NCBI RefSeq assembly: GCF_004010195.1
Contig: NC_057746.1
Location: forward strand, 30,564,062-30,628,061
Reading direction: 5' to 3'
Origin: Chiloscyllium plagiosum
Taxonomy: Eukaryota
Length of the DNA stretch: 64,000 bases
Part shown: in pieces, positions 60,282-64,000 of the stretch
Layout: each line of letters starts with the position of its first letter
Numbering within the stretch: the first letter of the stretch is position 1
Notes under the pieces: model-generated
Database searches by the model: none
What the model saw: only the letters and a program-made list of their open reading frames with translations
Told to the model about the DNA's origin: nothing
Position numbers and translations under genes: made by a program

Positions 60282-63200
60282 TTGGTTTCAAACAGCAGCT
60301 CCAGAGTTTCACCGAGGAGGTAGTTTGTCCCATTTCTTTGGGTTTCTTCGCCGATTCGGTTTCACTGTCCGTGTGGACACGACTTCTGCCGCTCCTGGTT
60401 ACAAGGCGGAGTTGAGAAAAGCAGGAAAAGCAAGTACTCCTGCCCGAAACATCGACAGGAGTTTCCGGACAGAAACTTCAGAGGCAGCTGGGTCTTGGTG
60501 AAACTGACCGAGAAAGCTGGAAAATTAAACCTGAATCCGCAAGAGAAGGAAAGTAACCATCAGTGTGAGGAACATCAGGAAGAGCTGAAGCTGTTTTGTG
60601 AAACTGACAATTGTGTGTGAATTATATAGATTCCCGGGATCACAGGGAAGACCGCTTCATTCGGGTGAAAGAAGCTGTTGGAATCTACAAGGTAAAATGA
60701 AACAGATTACACCCTCCTGATCATTTCATCACATTTCCATGGTCTAATATTTTTATTTTCTGACGTTTTCTCTCCCAATCCAAGGATCGGGTGAAGAAAC
60801 CAGGGACCTTAGAAATGGAACAGCAGCAAAAGGAGATTTCACAAAACAGGGTAAATTCGCGCTGGGTTGAATTTCAAAAGTTGATATTTCAATGTTTATT
60901 TCAGCAAAACACAATTGTAACATTTAATTAAAAGCAACTTACAGCAGAGGTCACATATCAATGAGTGTAGTTTCTCTAAAAACGCATTGTAATTTGCAGC
61001 TACAAGACCACGGCATATAGTCACCAAAGGAAATAATCACTCAGCAGCAAAAATGTGTTGATTTCTGTCACCCCGCTTCTGTCTGTTCCTGTCTATTTCA
61101 TTCTTAAAACTCTACAGGAGGTACCACTCCCTATCACTGGTTCAAAACAAACACATGTCTGGTAGCATCTCTGGAGAGGGAAACAGTTAACAATTCGAGT
61201 CTAGTACGACTTCTTTAGTTCATCAGTTCACTGTCACATCTGTTAGCTGCTGACAAAGGGTCAGTTAGACTCGAAACGTCAGCTCTTTTCTCTCCTTACA
61301 GATGCTGCCAGACCTGCTGAGATTTTCCAGCATTTTCTCTTTTGGTGTTAGTTGCTGATGTCTGCTACAGTTCTCACCCGTAAGAATTAAGGCCCCTTTA
61401 CTGTCAATATGTAGCCGAGATACTTGGCTCCAGACAGCTTCAACTGCAACGTTTTCTTGTTCAGCTTTAGGTACCATTCACCGGCAGTCACATTAGATTG
61501 TCATTTTGTTCGGCGATTGCGTTAACCATTATGAGATCATCACAATAACTTCCTCTTCAGGAAGATCTATCTCATGTTCTCTGCAGTAATAATCTTATGA
61601 AGCAATGGAAATGCCAGAAGTCACGTGCAATCATTTATATCTCCCAAATGGTGTGCAGAATGTATTTTCCCCTTATTCTATCGTGGGATGTGGGCGTCAG
61701 TGACAAGATGAGCACTTGTTGGTCATCCCTGATTGCCCTGGAACTGAATGGTCATTGCAGGGGACAGTTAACAGTATACCACAGACATGTGGAACATCTC
61801 CCCATGTGGGCCAGACAGAAGGTTGGTAGATTAAAAACCAATAGAACTGCAGATGCTGTAAATCAGAAACAAAAACAGAAATTGCTGGAAAAGCTCAGCA
61901 GGTCAGGCAGCAAAGGTGCAGAGAAATCAGAGTTAATGCTTTGGGATCGAGTGACCCTTCCTCAGAATTGATGATAGCGAGGAAAATGTCAGTTTATATG
62001 TAGAAGATAGGGTGGGGGGCACGAGGTAAATGGGTAAATGATGGGGTTAGAGCCTAAAGGGAGTGAAACGGACATTTGGACAGACAAATAAGTGAATAAC
62101 AATCTGGATAGGAGGGTGAACAGCTATTAATGGTCATTAGTGTCTAACAGGTTGATAATTTCTGATTTTAAAGGCACTAGTGAAACAGATAAGCTTTTAC
62201 AACAATTGATAAAAGTTTACAAATGTGTTGCTGGAAAAGCGCAGCAGGTCAGGCAGCATCAAAGGAGAAGGAGAATCGACATTCGGGCATAAGCCCTTCT
62301 TCTGCTGCTCCTTTGATGCTGCCTGACCTGCTGCGCTTTTCCAGCAACACATTTTTAAGCTCTGAGCCCCAGCATTTGCAGTCCTCACTTTCTCCTAATT
62401 GATAAAAGTTGTCACGGTCACTATTACTGAAACTAGCTTTTAGTCTCAGATTTGTTTACTGTGTAAGGATTTAAACCCATGTCCCAAGAGCGTTATTCTC
62501 TCTCTACTGATGCTGCCAAACTGCTGAGTTTCTACAACATTCTTTGTGTTTGTTTTGGGTTTTTAACATTCATAGTATTTTGTTTTTATCCCCAGAGCAT
62601 TAGTTTGGCTTCAGGATTACTCCTGATATTGTCACTCCTAGACCATCACCCTCCAAATAAAAAACAACACTTCTTTCATTCAACTTCACTTGCAGTTATT
62701 TGCACCATCTTGGCAAATTGTAGCACACTTCTTCAATGGATGGCACAGGCTAGTGAAATCTCTTCAAAGCTTTATTGACATAATTTGATCTACACATCGT
62801 TCTAACTTTCTAGGTTTATTTCCAGGCTGCTAATCCAGTCTCAAGGAGTTGCCAATTTCAAGGCTGCTAATCCAGTCTAAAAGTATTGATAGCGGAGGAA
62901 GATAGATCCAAATGTCCTCAGCAGTGACTACATCTTCACTTGTACCTGTCAGTCATAAGATAAGCCTGACTAGCTACCAGTGGGCCTGCAGCTGATGAGT
63001 ACTACCTTACTAAAATCGCTATTCTTAAAAAAATGCTGAGAGAAAAGAGAACTGGTTTTAGTGGTTTTTTAAAATGTTTTGAGTGCATTTTCCACTGCTT
63101 ATCTTTAACAATGTATTTTACACATATATTATATATTTTGTATTTAGTGAAATATTCTGAAAAGCTTTTCCTCACTGCAACAAGGGCACTCAACCAAAAG

Positions 63201-63764
63201 GTCTGTGTTACCATATTTAGACACAATTGCACCTCAATTCATCACATCTTACCTTTCTGTTCATTTCTGTCATGTATATATCAAGTTACCCCTTCAGTGC
63301 AGCATTACCATTTGCCTCACCTATTAATGTGGTAAAGAGTTACATATTCTAAACACACTTTGAAAATTGTCCTGATTCTCTTTTGGGTTTTTAATCATTT
63401 CTTTCCACTTATAGGTCCTGACTGAATTCCCCACAAGTTCTCCATAATTTCCATATGAATCCTTTATTAGTTTTAATGACCGCAATCAGTTCAACTCTCA
63501 GGATTCACTTTTCAGTTTTTCATCACAGATGTACATTCAGTTTTAGTGTCAGTCTTCTAAATCTTTTTAAACACCCTCCTATGCTTCTATAGCATTTTGT
63601 AAGGTTCTTTTTCTATTCAGAGTGTGCAAAGTCAGGATTGAGAATTATCCAGATATTATAATAATATGGACAGTGTAATTTCCGTTTACTCAACATAAGC
63701 AGTTATTTCTGTCACTCAAATTTGTGTTTTATTTATTTCAGGAGGAAACACGTCAAAAGATGAG
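60282..63764 (+). pseudogene. TRIM (RING-B-box-coiled coil; TRIM27/39-like shark family) pseudogene, exon remnants 60282-60691, 60785-60850 and 63742-63764
   Basis: Reads QSFTEEVVCPISLGFFADSVSL/CGHDFCRSW/SCPKHRQEFP...CEEHQEELKLFCETDN-stop/HREDRFIRVKEAVGIYK|gt. Start codon is TTG, with frameshifts and lost Zn-ligand Cys. The 23-nt exon EETRQKM(R) has canonical splice sites. Confidence 0.88.
62218..62396. mobile_element. Palindromic Penelope pLTR mini-element with central deletion
   Basis: Inverted arms; 14-bp TSD aattgataaaagtt at 62204-62217 and 62397-62410. Confidence 0.8.
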
Positions 63765-64000
63765 GTATGACATGTTCTTTTCAGAAACTCTGTACAATTT
63801 GGAAAAATAACCCAGGATGAGCCAATAGCCAATTGATAGGTATATATGTAAAGCTGTAATTCAAGGAAGGAGGAACTCAAACAACTACAGCTGAGCAGAT
63901 AGGTTAATTTCCAAGGATGTATACTGATTGGTAGAAGGATTAGATGGGAGTCATTTCCAAACACAATGTAGTGAGTGTCTGGAGTTGATTGGAAAAGCTC

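Noticed and set aside
62824-62878. 18-bp direct repeat aggctgctaatccagtct twice
   Set aside because: Single small duplication; no evidence of function.

Overview
Vertebrate (shark/elasmobranch-type) genomic DNA, mostly transposon debris: CR1/HER1-like LINEs, HE1-type V-SINEs, one Tx1-clade L1-like element, many Penelope-like pieces and a Tc1/mariner-type MITE. Three host loci lie on the + strand. (1) The last four exons of a divergent carnitine O-acetyltransferase-like gene (547-5836). (2) A complete 7-coding-exon butyrophilin-like gene (ATG 22230, stop 44219; leader-IgV-IgC-TM-two 27-nt micro-exons-B30.2; 468 aa as I splice it) with a candidate ISRE-containing promoter near 19.8 kb. (3) A RING/B-box TRIM pseudogene (60282-63764). 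Main observations: the butyrophilin tail carries a cluster of tyrosine signalling motifs (YKNM, ITIM-like INYPSV, ITSM-like TDYQEV, in ITAM-like spacing) that partly overwrite the start of a TRIM-type B30.2 domain. The CRAT paralog has lost several catalytic or substrate-binding residues (STS->STG, TYES->TCES) and its PTS1. Numerous minimal hammerhead-ribozyme cores occur in Penelope terminal repeats, several as palindromic, TSD-flanked mini-elements. All calls are by eye, repeat boundaries are approximate, and no database searches were run.
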